A stretch of DNA of 64,000 bases from the NCBI GenBank assembly GCA_050309605.1, contig JBNRMN010000034.1, positions 96,001-160,000 on the forward strand. The letters are read 5' to 3'. This document shows positions 51,697 through 61,206 of this stretch, piece after piece (the stretch's first letter is position 1; every line of letters begins with the position of its first letter). The DNA is from Anaerohalosphaeraceae bacterium. GTDB lineage: Bacteria; Planctomycetota; Phycisphaerae; Sedimentisphaerales; Anaerohalosphaeraceae. The notes under the pieces were generated by a model that did no database searches, was not told the DNA's origin, and saw only the letters and a list, made by a program, of their open reading frames with translations. The position numbers were made by a program, and so were the translations under genes.

Positions 51697-54600
51697 ATGG
51701 ACAGACAATCAATGTTATCGGTACCGATAGAATTCGGCCTCTATGAAGCCCGTCGGGAACATGACGCCTGCGGAATCGGGGCGGTCGTCAATATCTCCGG
51801 TAAGCGTGATCACTCGATCATTGAATACGGCAAGCAGATTCTGCTGAACCTGCATCATCGCGGCGCAGCCGGAGCAGACGATGTTACCGGCGACGGAGCG
51901 GGGATATTGACGCAAATTCCACATCCGTTTTTCTCTGATGAAGTCAAACGATTGGGGTTTTCGCTGAACGCGCCGGGGCAGTACGGCGTCGGGATGGTTT
52001 TTGCGCCTCAGGACGCCGAGCTTCGCGGCCAATGTATGCGCCTGCTTGAGAAGGCGGTGTCCGACTATGGCTTAACGCTGCTTGGGCGACGGGATGTACC
52101 GACCGATCATTCCTGTTTGGGTGATATTGCCCTGTCCGCTGAGCCGACGAGCCACCAGATCTTTATCGACGGGGCGGGGCTGTCCGATGAAGCGCTGGAA
52201 CGACGGTTGTATCTGATTCGCCGACGTGCTGAACGACTGGTGCATGAACAGTTTGGACAAAAGGCTGAAGATTTTTACATCGTCTCGCTGTCATGCCGAA
52301 CTATTTGCTATAAAGGGATGTTTATGGCCTGGCAGTTGTTTGCTTACTATCCCGACCTGGCGGATAAACGGTTTGTTTCGGCGCTGGCAACGGTCCATCA
52401 GCGATACAGTACGAATACTTTTCCGAGCTGGCGTTTGGCCCAGCCGTTTCGCTGCATTGCTCACAATGGCGAAATCAACACCCTCAGCGGAAACCGCAAT
52501 TGTATGCGAATGCGTGAAACACGTCTGTCCAGTGCACTGCTGGGCGCGGATTTGTCGGATGTTGTGCCGGTGCTGGACGACAACGACAGCGATTCGGCCT
52601 GCTTTGACCGAATGCTTGAATTGCTGGTTCGCGCCGGACGAAGCCTGCCGCATGCGATGATGATGCTGATCCCTGAAGCGTTCGGCCCCAAGTATCATAT
52701 CAGCGCCGACAAACGGGCGTTCTATGAGTATCATTCGACTATTATGGAGCCGTGGGACGGCCCGGCGGCGATGGTCTTTACCGACGGGCGGCTGCTGGGC
52801 GGCACGCTGGATCGCAACGGGCTGCGGCCGAGCCGCTACACAATAACCACCGACGGGCTGGCGATTCTGGCCAGTGAGACGGGCGTGGTGGAATTTCCGC
52901 CGGAAAAAGTACGTCAAAAGGGACGTCTTCAGCCCGGCAAAATGTTTCTGGTTGATACGGTCGAGGGACGCATCGTAACCGACAATGAAATTAAGAGCAA
53001 GGTCTCCCGGCAAAAGCCCTATCGCCGCTGGCTCAATGAGAATCGGATTGAGCTGCGCGGGCTGTTTGATACGCCGCATCTTGAACCCGGTGATCCGGCG
53101 ACACTGGCTGCGCGGATGCGGCTGTTCGGCTATACGCGTGAGGAATTGCGAATGGTTCTTGCCCCGATGGCGATCCACGGACAGGAACCGGTCGGTTCAA
53201 TGGGCAATGACGCCGCACCGGCGGTCTTGAGTGACCGTCCTCGGCTGCTGTATGACTACTTCAAACAGTTGTTTGCCCAAGTGACCAATCCGCCGATCGA
53301 CCCGTTGCGCGAGGGGCTGGTGATGAGTCTGATGAGCTACACCGGCAAAAAGCTGAATCTGCTCGACGAGTCGCCGCCGCATTGCCGACAGCTAAAGCTG
53401 CCGCATCCGATTCTGACCAATGAGGATATGGTCCGATTGCGCGCGGTCAAACGCAGTGATTTCAGCGTACAGACCCTCGATGCCGTCTTTGTACCTGACC
53501 CGTCTGATGGCACACTGGGACTGGAGCAGGCTATAGCGCGGCTGATTAACGACGCGCAGCATGCGATTGAGCAGGACGGCGCATCGCTGCTGATTCTCAG
53601 CGACAAGGCCGCTGATGAACACAGGATGCCGATTCCGGCCCTGCTGGCGGTGTCGGCAGTGCATCACGGCCTGATCGAGCGCGGGCTGCGCGGCGAGGCC
53701 GGATTGATCGTCGAAACCGGCGAGGCACGCGAGGTGATGCATTTTTGTCTGCTGTGCGGCTACGGCGCCAACGGCGTCAATCCCTATTTGGTTTTTGAAA
53801 CGCTCAATGAACTGCACCAAAGCCGCCAGCTTCCGCCCGAGCTTGACGCCACGCAGATTGCCGATAATTATATCGCCTCTATCAAAAAAGGTATCCTCAA
53901 GACCATGAGCAAAATGGGTATCTCAACGCTGCGCAGTTATTTCAATGCCCAGCTTTTTGAGGCCATCGGTCTGCACAAGCAGTTGGTTCAGCGCTACTTT
54001 ACCGGAACCAGCTCGCGCATCGGAGGAATCGGCCTGGAACAGATCGCCCGGGATATCCAGGCACGCCATCAAGCGGCGTTTTCGCCGCCTCGGCCGGGAT
54101 CGCTTGATTTGGATTTCGGCGGGGAGTACCACTACCGTCAGGACGGCGAGCGGCACTTGTGGAATCCGGAAACCGTGGCCCGGCTTCAGCACGCCGTGGT
54201 CAACAACGACGCCGATGCGTATGCACAGTTTTCCCGTGCGGTCAATGACCAGTCCGAAAAACTCTACACACTGCGCGGATTGTTTGAGTTCGTGCCCGGT
54301 GAATCGGTGCCGCTGGACGAAGTGGAGCCGGCCTCCGAGATAGTCAAGCGGTTTTGCAGCGGGGCGATGAGCCATGGTTCAATCAGCAAGGAAGCCCATG
54401 AATGTATGGCGATTGCGATGAATCGGCTCGGTGCGATGAGCAATACCGGCGAAGGGGGCGAAGACGAAGAGCGGTATGTTTTGGAGCCGAACGGCGATTC
54501 GAAAAACAGCGCGATCAAACAGGTCGCCAGCGGTCGATTCGGGGTCACCATCAACTATCTGGCTCACGCGCGGGAAATCCAGATCAAGATGGCCCAAGGC

Positions 54601-56271
54601 GCAAAACCCGGCGAAGGGGGCCAGCTTCCCGGCAAGAAAGTTACCGAAGAAATCGCTCGTCTGCGGCATGCCACGCCCGGCGTAACCCTGATTTCGCCGC
54701 CGCCGCATCATGATATTTATTCCATTGAAGATTTGGCGCAGTTGATCTACGATCTGAAGTGCAGTAATCCCGATGCAAAAGTTTCGGTCAAGCTGGTCTC
54801 CGAGGTCGGCGTCGGGACGATTGCCGCGGGGGTGGCCAAGGGCAACGCTGACGAGGTGCTCATCAGCGGGCATGACGGCGGCACCGGTGCCAGTCCGCTG
54901 TCGTCCATTAAACACGCCGGCTGTCCCTGGGAAATCGGACTGGCCGAGACCCAGCAGGTACTGGTGATGAATCGTCTGCGTGATCGCATTCGCGTCCAGA
55001 CCGACGGGCAGCTTCGCACGGGACGGGATATTGTCATCGCGGCGCTGCTGGGCGCTGAGCAATTTGGTTTCGGCACGGGGATTCTTGTTACGATGGGCTG
55101 TACGCTGCTGCGCAAGTGCCATGAGGGGGCGTGCACCTACGGCATCGCCACACAGGACCCCGAACTGCGCCGGCGGTTTGCGGGAAAGCCCGAATACATT
55201 GAACGCTATCTGTTGTTTGTGGCTCAAGAAGTTCGGCGCATCATGGCTGAACTGGGATTTCGCACTGTCAATGAGATGGTGGGGCGATGGGATCGGCTTG
55301 GTATGCGCAAGGCCATTGAACATTACAAGGCCAGGGGTCTGGATTTCTCGACGGTGTTTGATCAGCCGGTTCCGACAGACCCCCGACAGCGATACAATTC
55401 CGGCGCTCAGGTCAGACGTCTGGACGATCATTTGGATTGGAACATTATGAAAGAAGTTGAATCGGCCGTTCAAACCGCCCAGCCGACGGCAATCGAGATG
55501 CCCATTAAAAATACCAACCGAACCGTCGGAACCATTCTGAGCCATCGAATCGTCAAACAACACGGCCAAAACGGCCTGCCGGATGATACGATCCAACTGA
55601 CTTTCCGCGGCTCAGCCGGACAGAGCTTCGGTGCCTTTCTGGCATCAGGCGTAACACTGCACCTGATCGGCGACAGCAATGACTATCTGGGCAAGGGACT
55701 TAGCGGCGGTCGCATCATCGTTGAGACCCCGCCGGGGTCAATGTATATGGCCCACGAAAACATCATCGTCGGCAATACAGTGCTTTACGGTGCGACAAGC
55801 GGCGAAGTTTTCATCAACGGGATGGCCGGCGAACGATTTTGCGTCCGCAACAGCGGGGCAACCGCCGTCGTGGAAGGCGTCGGCGACCATGGCTGCGAAT
55901 ATATGACCGGCGGCCTGGTCGTGGTGCTCGGCAAAACCGGCTGCAACTTCGCAGCCGGGATGAGCGGCGGCATTGCCTATGTCCTGGATGAAATGCAGTT
56001 GTTTGACACGTTATGCAATTTGGATATGGTCGATCTGGAGAGCGTCTGGCGTCAGGAAGACAAAGACCTGCTGTATCGGATGGTGCAAAAACATGAGCGG
56101 CTGACCCGCAGCACCCGCGCCCAGCGGATCCTGAGTTCCTGGCAGGATTCGGTCAGTCGATTCGTCAAGGTCATACCGATTGACTACCGCAAGGCCCTTG
56201 AACGTATGCGGCAGGCCGAGGCACGCGATACCGAGACGACTCCGGCAACCGAGGAGGTGTTCCATGGCTAA
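51697..56271 (+). CDS. gltB: glutamate synthase large subunit
   Basis: EHDA-CGIG processing site, HQRYSTNT, MEPWDGP, QVASGRFG, AQGAKPGEGGQLP, GXGXG repeats. Confidence 0.98.
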   Translation: MDRQSMLSVPIEFGLYEARREHDACGIGAVVNISGKRDHSIIEYGKQILLNLHHRGAAGADDVTGDGAGILTQIPHPFFSDEVKRLGFSLNAPGQYGVGMVFAPQDAELRGQCMRLLEKAVSDYGLTLLGRRDVPTDHSCLGDIALSAEPTSHQIFIDGAGLSDEALERRLYLIRRRAERLVHEQFGQKAEDFYIVSLSCRTICYKGMFMAWQLFAYYPDLADKRFVSALATVHQRYSTNTFPSWRLAQPFRCIAHNGEINTLSGNRNCMRMRETRLSSALLGADLSDVVPVLDDNDSDSACFDRMLELLVRAGRSLPHAMMMLIPEAFGPKYHISADKRAFYEYHSTIMEPWDGPAAMVFTDGRLLGGTLDRNGLRPSRYTITTDGLAILASETGVVEFPPEKVRQKGRLQPGKMFLVDTVEGRIVTDNEIKSKVSRQKPYRRWLNENRIELRGLFDTPHLEPGDPATLAARMRLFGYTREELRMVLAPMAIHGQEPVGSMGNDAAPAVLSDRPRLLYDYFKQLFAQVTNPPIDPLREGLVMSLMSYTGKKLNLLDESPPHCRQLKLPHPILTNEDMVRLRAVKRSDFSVQTLDAVFVPDPSDGTLGLEQAIARLINDAQHAIEQDGASLLILSDKAADEHRMPIPALLAVSAVHHGLIERGLRGEAGLIVETGEAREVMHFCLLCGYGANGVNPYLVFETLNELHQSRQLPPELDATQIADNYIASIKKGILKTMSKMGISTLRSYFNAQLFEAIGLHKQLVQRYFTGTSSRIGGIGLEQIARDIQARHQAAFSPPRPGSLDLDFGGEYHYRQDGERHLWNPETVARLQHAVVNNDADAYAQFSRAVNDQSEKLYTLRGLFEFVPGESVPLDEVEPASEIVKRFCSGAMSHGSISKEAHECMAIAMNRLGAMSNTGEGGEDEERYVLEPNGDSKNSAIKQVASGRFGVTINYLAHAREIQIKMAQGAKPGEGGQLPGKKVTEEIARLRHATPGVTLISPPPHHDIYSIEDLAQLIYDLKCSNPDAKVSVKLVSEVGVGTIAAGVAKGNADEVLISGHDGGTGASPLSSIKHAGCPWEIGLAETQQVLVMNRLRDRIRVQTDGQLRTGRDIVIAALLGAEQFGFGTGILVTMGCTLLRKCHEGACTYGIATQDPELRRRFAGKPEYIERYLLFVAQEVRRIMAELGFRTVNEMVGRWDRLGMRKAIEHYKARGLDFSTVFDQPVPTDPRQRYNSGAQVRRLDDHLDWNIMKEVESAVQTAQPTAIEMPIKNTNRTVGTILSHRIVKQHGQNGLPDDTIQLTFRGSAGQSFGAFLASGVTLHLIGDSNDYLGKGLSGGRIIVETPPGSMYMAHENIIVGNTVLYGATSGEVFINGMAGERFCVRNSGATAVVEGVGDHGCEYMTGGLVVVLGKTGCNFAAGMSGGIAYVLDEMQLFDTLCNLDMVDLESVWRQEDKDLLYRMVQKHERLTRSTRAQRILSSWQDSVSRFVKVIPIDYRKALERMRQAEARDTETTPATEEVFHG

Positions 56272-57685
56272 AATCAAAGGCTTTCTTGACTATCGCCGAC
56301 AGCCGGTCGGGTATCGTCCGATTGACCAGCGCGTCACGGATTTTCGGGAAATTGAGATTCCGCTGACCCCCGATGCGATTCAGCAGCAGGCCGCTCGTTG
56401 TGCCGACTGCGGCATTCCGTTTTGTCATAGCGCATTCGGCTGTCCGGTAGCCAATCGTATCCCTGAATTTAATGATATGGTGTACCTGGGACAGTGGAAA
56501 CAGGCCTGCGAAAACCTGCATTCAACGAACAATTTTCCTGAAATTACCGGTCGGGTTTGTCCGGCGCCGTGCGAGACGGCCTGTACGCTGGCGGTCAACG
56601 ATGAGCCGGTTTTGATACGGCATATCGAATTTCAGATTGTCGAGCGGGGATTTGCCGAAGGCTGGATCGAACCGCTCAAACCCGCACACAAAACCGGCAA
56701 ACGCATTGCAGTGATTGGTTCCGGACCGGCGGGACTGGCTGCCGCTCAGCAGCTTGCCCGCGCCGGGCACAGCGTAACGGTCTTTGAACGCGACGACAGG
56801 CCGGGCGGTCTGTTGCGGTACGGCATCCCCGATTTTAAGCTCGAAAAGTGGGTTCTTGACCGTCGTCTGAGCCAAATGGCCGACGAGGGGGTGGATTTCC
56901 AGACCGGTGTTGATGTCGGCCGGGATATTTCCGCAGCGTATTTGTGCAAGCGGTACGATGCGGTGTGTCTGGCAACGGGAGCTACCCGACCGCGCGATTT
57001 GGCGGTGCCGGGGCGGGGATTTGAAAATATTGTGTTCGCAATGGAGTTTCTCAAACGGCAAAATCAACGGATTTCCGGCGAGATCACGGAGACCGAATCG
57101 AGCTTGAATGCCCGCGATAAAGATGTTATAGTCATTGGCGGCGGTGATACGGGCAGCGACTGTGTCGGCACGGCGCGTCGGCAGGGTGCCAAGTCGATTA
57201 CCCAGCTTGAGATTCTGCCCAAACCGCCCGAAACGCGACCGACGGATACGCCCTGGCCGACGTGGCCGCGGACGATGCGAACCAGTTCCAGCCACGAAGA
57301 GGGGTGCCGGCGGATATGGAGTGTGATGACGACGCGATTTACAGGAACCGAAACCCGTGTGAGTCAACTTCACGGCGTACAGGTCGAGTGGGTCAAAAAG
57401 AACAACCGGTGGGCGGCGGTTGAAATGCCGGGTACGGAATTCTCTTTGCCGGCGGATGTGGTGCTGCTGGCGATGGGCTTCGTACACGTCGAACACGAGC
57501 CGCTGGTATCGGATTTGGGACTGGAACTGGACGACCGCGCCAATATCCGGGTCGCGGATTATCAGACCAGTAATCCCATGGTTTTCTCGGCCGGCGACGC
57601 GGTACTGGGCGCATCGCTGGTCGTGCGGGCGATTGACGGCGGACGACAGGCTGCCGCGGCGATTGATAAATGGCTTTCAAGATAA
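56264..57685 (+). CDS. gltD: glutamate synthase small subunit
   Basis: CADCGIPFC, GRVCPAPCE, IGSGPAG, IGGGDTGSDC; ATG overlaps the gltB end. Confidence 0.97.
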   Translation: MAKIKGFLDYRRQPVGYRPIDQRVTDFREIEIPLTPDAIQQQAARCADCGIPFCHSAFGCPVANRIPEFNDMVYLGQWKQACENLHSTNNFPEITGRVCPAPCETACTLAVNDEPVLIRHIEFQIVERGFAEGWIEPLKPAHKTGKRIAVIGSGPAGLAAAQQLARAGHSVTVFERDDRPGGLLRYGIPDFKLEKWVLDRRLSQMADEGVDFQTGVDVGRDISAAYLCKRYDAVCLATGATRPRDLAVPGRGFENIVFAMEFLKRQNQRISGEITETESSLNARDKDVIVIGGGDTGSDCVGTARRQGAKSITQLEILPKPPETRPTDTPWPTWPRTMRTSSSHEEGCRRIWSVMTTRFTGTETRVSQLHGVQVEWVKKNNRWAAVEMPGTEFSLPADVVLLAMGFVHVEHEPLVSDLGLELDDRANIRVADYQTSNPMVFSAGDAVLGASLVVRAIDGGRQAAAAIDKWLSR

Positions 57686-57706
57686 TGATGAAAACTACGA
57701 ACTACC

Positions 57707-59341
57707 TTGCGTTTAGCATTGGCCCAATTAAATGTAACGGTCGGCGATCTGGCAGGCAACCGGCGCAAGATGGCCGCTGCCGTCGCGGCGGCCGCCGAGA
57801 AGCACGTTGACCTGCTGGTCTTTTCCGAGCTGGCGCTGTGCGGCTATCCGCCGGAAGATTTGCTGTTGCGCCCTCGGTTTCTTCTGGATTGCCGGCAAAT
57901 GCTGGAAACGCTGGCCAAAAGCATCGGCCCAATGACCATTGTCCTCGGCTGTCCCGACGGCATGCCCGGCGATTGCTATAATGCCGCGGCGGTGTGCAGA
58001 GACGGACGGATCATTTCAATGTACCGCAAGGGTCGGCTGCCCAACTATGGTGTGTTTGATGAAAAACGCTATTTCAAGGCGGGAACGGAACCGGTCGTCG
58101 TGGACATTGCGGGCAGCCGGACGGCACTGACGATTTGTGAAGATCTGTGGGATCTTCAATGGCTCACCGGTTTTTTGGGCCGATCCGGCCGTCCGATGGA
58201 TTTGATTCTGAATATCTCGGCTTCTCCGTTTCATATGGGCAAAATCCATCAGCGCAAAGAGACCCTGTCACGCTGTGCCGCTCATTTCCACTGTCCGACA
58301 GCGTATTGCAATCAGATCGGCGGGCAGGATGAACTGGTTTTTTCCGGTCGCAGTATGATTGCCGATGCCGCCGGCAGGATCGTCGCCGAGGCGGCGGAGT
58401 TTGAGGAAGACCTGCTGATCGTGGATATTGAGAAAAACCCCGACGTGCCTGCGACGGTACGTCCGCTTTCTCACATCGGCGAAAAAACGTATGATCCCGT
58501 GGAGGAAGTGTATAAGGCGCTGGTGCTGGGAACACGTGATTATGTTCGCAAAAGCGGCTTTTCCAGAGTCGTCATGGGGCTAAGCGGGGGCGTAGACTCG
58601 GCATTGACCGCTGCTGTGGCGACCGCTGCCCTGGGAAAAGACAATGTTGTTGGCGTAACGATGCCGTCACGTTTCAACACGGCCGAGACTCGCAGCGATG
58701 CCCAACGGCTGGCGGACAATCTGAGTATCGCCTTTCATTCGCTTCCAATCGGCGATCTTCTTGAGTCGTTCAGCCGGGTTTTGTCTTCGGTTTCTGGCTG
58801 GGATGAGAAAGGGATCGCCTACGAAAACCTCCAGGCACGCTTGCGCGGCACGCTGCTGATGAGTCTATCCAATCAGTTCGGCTGGATGGTACTGACCACC
58901 GGCAACAAGAGCGAAACAGCGGTCGGTTATTCGACGCTCTACGGCGATACGGCGGGGGGCTTTGCCGTGCTCAAGGATGTACCCAAAACCATGGTCTATC
59001 GTCTGTGTGAATGGATCAATGCTCACGCCGGTCGTGAACTGATTCCGCAGACGACGATTGACCGGATTCCCTCGGCTGAACTGCGCGAAAACCAAAAAGA
59101 CAGCGATTCACTGCCGGCCTATGACGTGCTGGACGCCATGCTGAAAGATTACATCGAAAACGACAAGTCGCCGATGGATTTGGTGGAAAACGGCTATGAC
59201 CGGGCGCTGGTACATCGCGTCATTCGAATGATCGACCGCAGCGAATACAAGCGCCGACAATCACCGCCGGGCATCAAAATTACCCCCAAGGCCTTCGGGA
59301 AAGACCGTCGTATGCCGATTGTAAACCACTACGTGCCCTGA
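57707..59341 (+). CDS. nadE: glutamine-dependent NAD+ synthetase
   Basis: Nitrilase domain (E-K-C: FSEL, YRK, ICEDLW) plus SGGVDS, TTGNKSE, EYKRRQ; TTG start. Confidence 0.95.
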   Translation: MRLALAQLNVTVGDLAGNRRKMAAAVAAAAEKHVDLLVFSELALCGYPPEDLLLRPRFLLDCRQMLETLAKSIGPMTIVLGCPDGMPGDCYNAAAVCRDGRIISMYRKGRLPNYGVFDEKRYFKAGTEPVVVDIAGSRTALTICEDLWDLQWLTGFLGRSGRPMDLILNISASPFHMGKIHQRKETLSRCAAHFHCPTAYCNQIGGQDELVFSGRSMIADAAGRIVAEAAEFEEDLLIVDIEKNPDVPATVRPLSHIGEKTYDPVEEVYKALVLGTRDYVRKSGFSRVVMGLSGGVDSALTAAVATAALGKDNVVGVTMPSRFNTAETRSDAQRLADNLSIAFHSLPIGDLLESFSRVLSSVSGWDEKGIAYENLQARLRGTLLMSLSNQFGWMVLTTGNKSETAVGYSTLYGDTAGGFAVLKDVPKTMVYRLCEWINAHAGRELIPQTTIDRIPSAELRENQKDSDSLPAYDVLDAMLKDYIENDKSPMDLVENGYDRALVHRVIRMIDRSEYKRRQSPPGIKITPKAFGKDRRMPIVNHYVP

Positions 59342-59346
59342 CGATG

Positions 59347-61188
59347 TCAGCCAATGGGTCCCGGCGGCATAAACGGCTGGGTATATTCACTGTGCCAGGG
59401 CGGCGCGTCCGAAAGCGTCAGGGCGATATCGATCAGGGCAATATGCGAATACCCCTGCGGAAAATTGCCCAGCAGCCGTTTGGTCTTGAAGTCCATATCT
59501 TCGCTGAACAGCCCCAGATGATTGGCGTGGGTAAGCACATCTTCAAAAAGGCGGGTTGCTTTTTCCTGCTCGCCGATTTGATAGAGACTTTTAATCATCC
59601 AGAACGTACAGACGGTAAAAGACGATTTGGGTTTGCCGAAATCATCCGGTTCGCGATAGCGATACATCAGCCCGTCCACACACAAGTGCTTATATGATTC
59701 GTGCACCGTTTTGACATAGACCGGATCGTCGGTATCCAAAAAGCCGTAATGGGCCGCCAGTAAATTGGCTGCGTCCATGGAGCGGCCGCCATAGTACTGC
59801 GTCAAGGCGCCGGTCTTCGGATCGCAGCCTTTCTCAAGGATGTCCGCTTTGATCTCTTCCCGCAGTTTGATATAGCTCATCGCTTCCGGCAGCTTGTCCA
59901 GAAAAGCGGCAATCCGGGCGGCGCGGTCCATCGCCACCCAACATAAAATTTTGGAAAATGTAAAATGGCGTCGTTCAGTTCGGAACTCCCATATCCCCGA
60001 ATCCAGTTTATACCAGTTGTTCCGCACATGCCGCGTCAGGGTTCGCACCAATGTCCAAAGATCTTCTTTGTTGTCAATCGAATTACTGAACAGGACCAAA
60101 CTCTGATAAATCGCATCCATCAGCACGCCATAAACATCATTTTGCTTTTGCTTGACCGCGGCGTTGCCGACACGAACGGGTTTTGAGTTTTCATATCCTG
60201 ATAACCACGGCAGTTCGTATTCAGTGGTCTTGCGTCGGGGGTTAATACTGTAGAGAATTTGAATTTTTTCGTCTTTGAACGGGACAATATCCAAAATGAA
60301 CCGCAGAAACCGACGCGCCACGTTGTAATGCCCCAGCCGCGTCAGAATATTGATCGTCATTGAGGCATCACGAATCCAGCAATATCGATAATCCCAGTTG
60401 CGCTGTTCGCCGATTGTCTCCGGAAGACTTGTTGTGGCTGCGGCCAGAATTGCGCCGGTTTTCTGATAAGCCAGCAGCTTCAACACCAAGGCGCTGCGTT
60501 CGATCTGTGCCGGGTATTTGGTCAGCAGATGGGTCTTGGCGGTCCAGCCCATCCAATAAACCTTGGTGCGTTCAAACTCCAGTTCCACCCAGTCAATGGC
60601 GGGTTGAACCAGTTTTTGATTGTAGCTGACCAGAAGAAAACAGTCTTTCTCAAGTGTGATTGGCTCCCGCTCAAGAATATCCTCAAACGGAAGGTCGGAA
60701 TACAAATAGAGTGATTCATATGTGCCGGCGGCGGTAAAATGTTTGACAAATTGCGACGTCACCTGCACTTCAGTCGGATGCTCGGCGTAGTTGGGACGCG
60801 GATTATAGTGGATACAAACGCGGGGACGACCGGACAAAATCCGAATATAGCGAATAATATCCGGCGGACAGTGGTAGCTCCGCTCCTCGGTGAGGTACCG
60901 CGGCATAAAATCAAGAATCTCAAAGCTGTCGCCGCTGCGCGTAAATCGCGTTCTCAGGATGTTGGTGCGGTTCAAATAGGTTTGCTCAATGCGGTAACGA
61001 CCGACCGGCACAATGCTGAAAAAACCGCCATTGTCTTTGTCGAGGATGTGGGCAAAAAATGAGCCGGAGTCAAAATCCGGCAAACAGCACCAATCAATGC
61101 TTCCGGTTCGACTGATCAGCGCAGCGGTTTTGCAATTGCCGATGATTCCGTAATCCAGATTGTTCATAGGAGGCGTTGCGGTTTTCAT
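59347..61188 (-). CDS. glycoside hydrolase family 15 (putative trehalase)
   Basis: YGIIGNC, SIDWCC, TTSLPE, RNWDYRYCWIRD, GIWEFR, GNFPQGYSH. Confidence 0.92.
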   Translation of the reverse strand: MKTATPPMNNLDYGIIGNCKTAALISRTGSIDWCCLPDFDSGSFFAHILDKDNGGFFSIVPVGRYRIEQTYLNRTNILRTRFTRSGDSFEILDFMPRYLTEERSYHCPPDIIRYIRILSGRPRVCIHYNPRPNYAEHPTEVQVTSQFVKHFTAAGTYESLYLYSDLPFEDILEREPITLEKDCFLLVSYNQKLVQPAIDWVELEFERTKVYWMGWTAKTHLLTKYPAQIERSALVLKLLAYQKTGAILAAATTSLPETIGEQRNWDYRYCWIRDASMTINILTRLGHYNVARRFLRFILDIVPFKDEKIQILYSINPRRKTTEYELPWLSGYENSKPVRVGNAAVKQKQNDVYGVLMDAIYQSLVLFSNSIDNKEDLWTLVRTLTRHVRNNWYKLDSGIWEFRTERRHFTFSKILCWVAMDRAARIAAFLDKLPEAMSYIKLREEIKADILEKGCDPKTGALTQYYGGRSMDAANLLAAHYGFLDTDDPVYVKTVHESYKHLCVDGLMYRYREPDDFGKPKSSFTVCTFWMIKSLYQIGEQEKATRLFEDVLTHANHLGLFSEDMDFKTKRLLGNFPQGYSHIALIDIALTLSDAPPWHSEYTQPFMPPGPIG

Positions 61189-61206
61189 AGGTGGAGGGGA
61201 TTCAAA

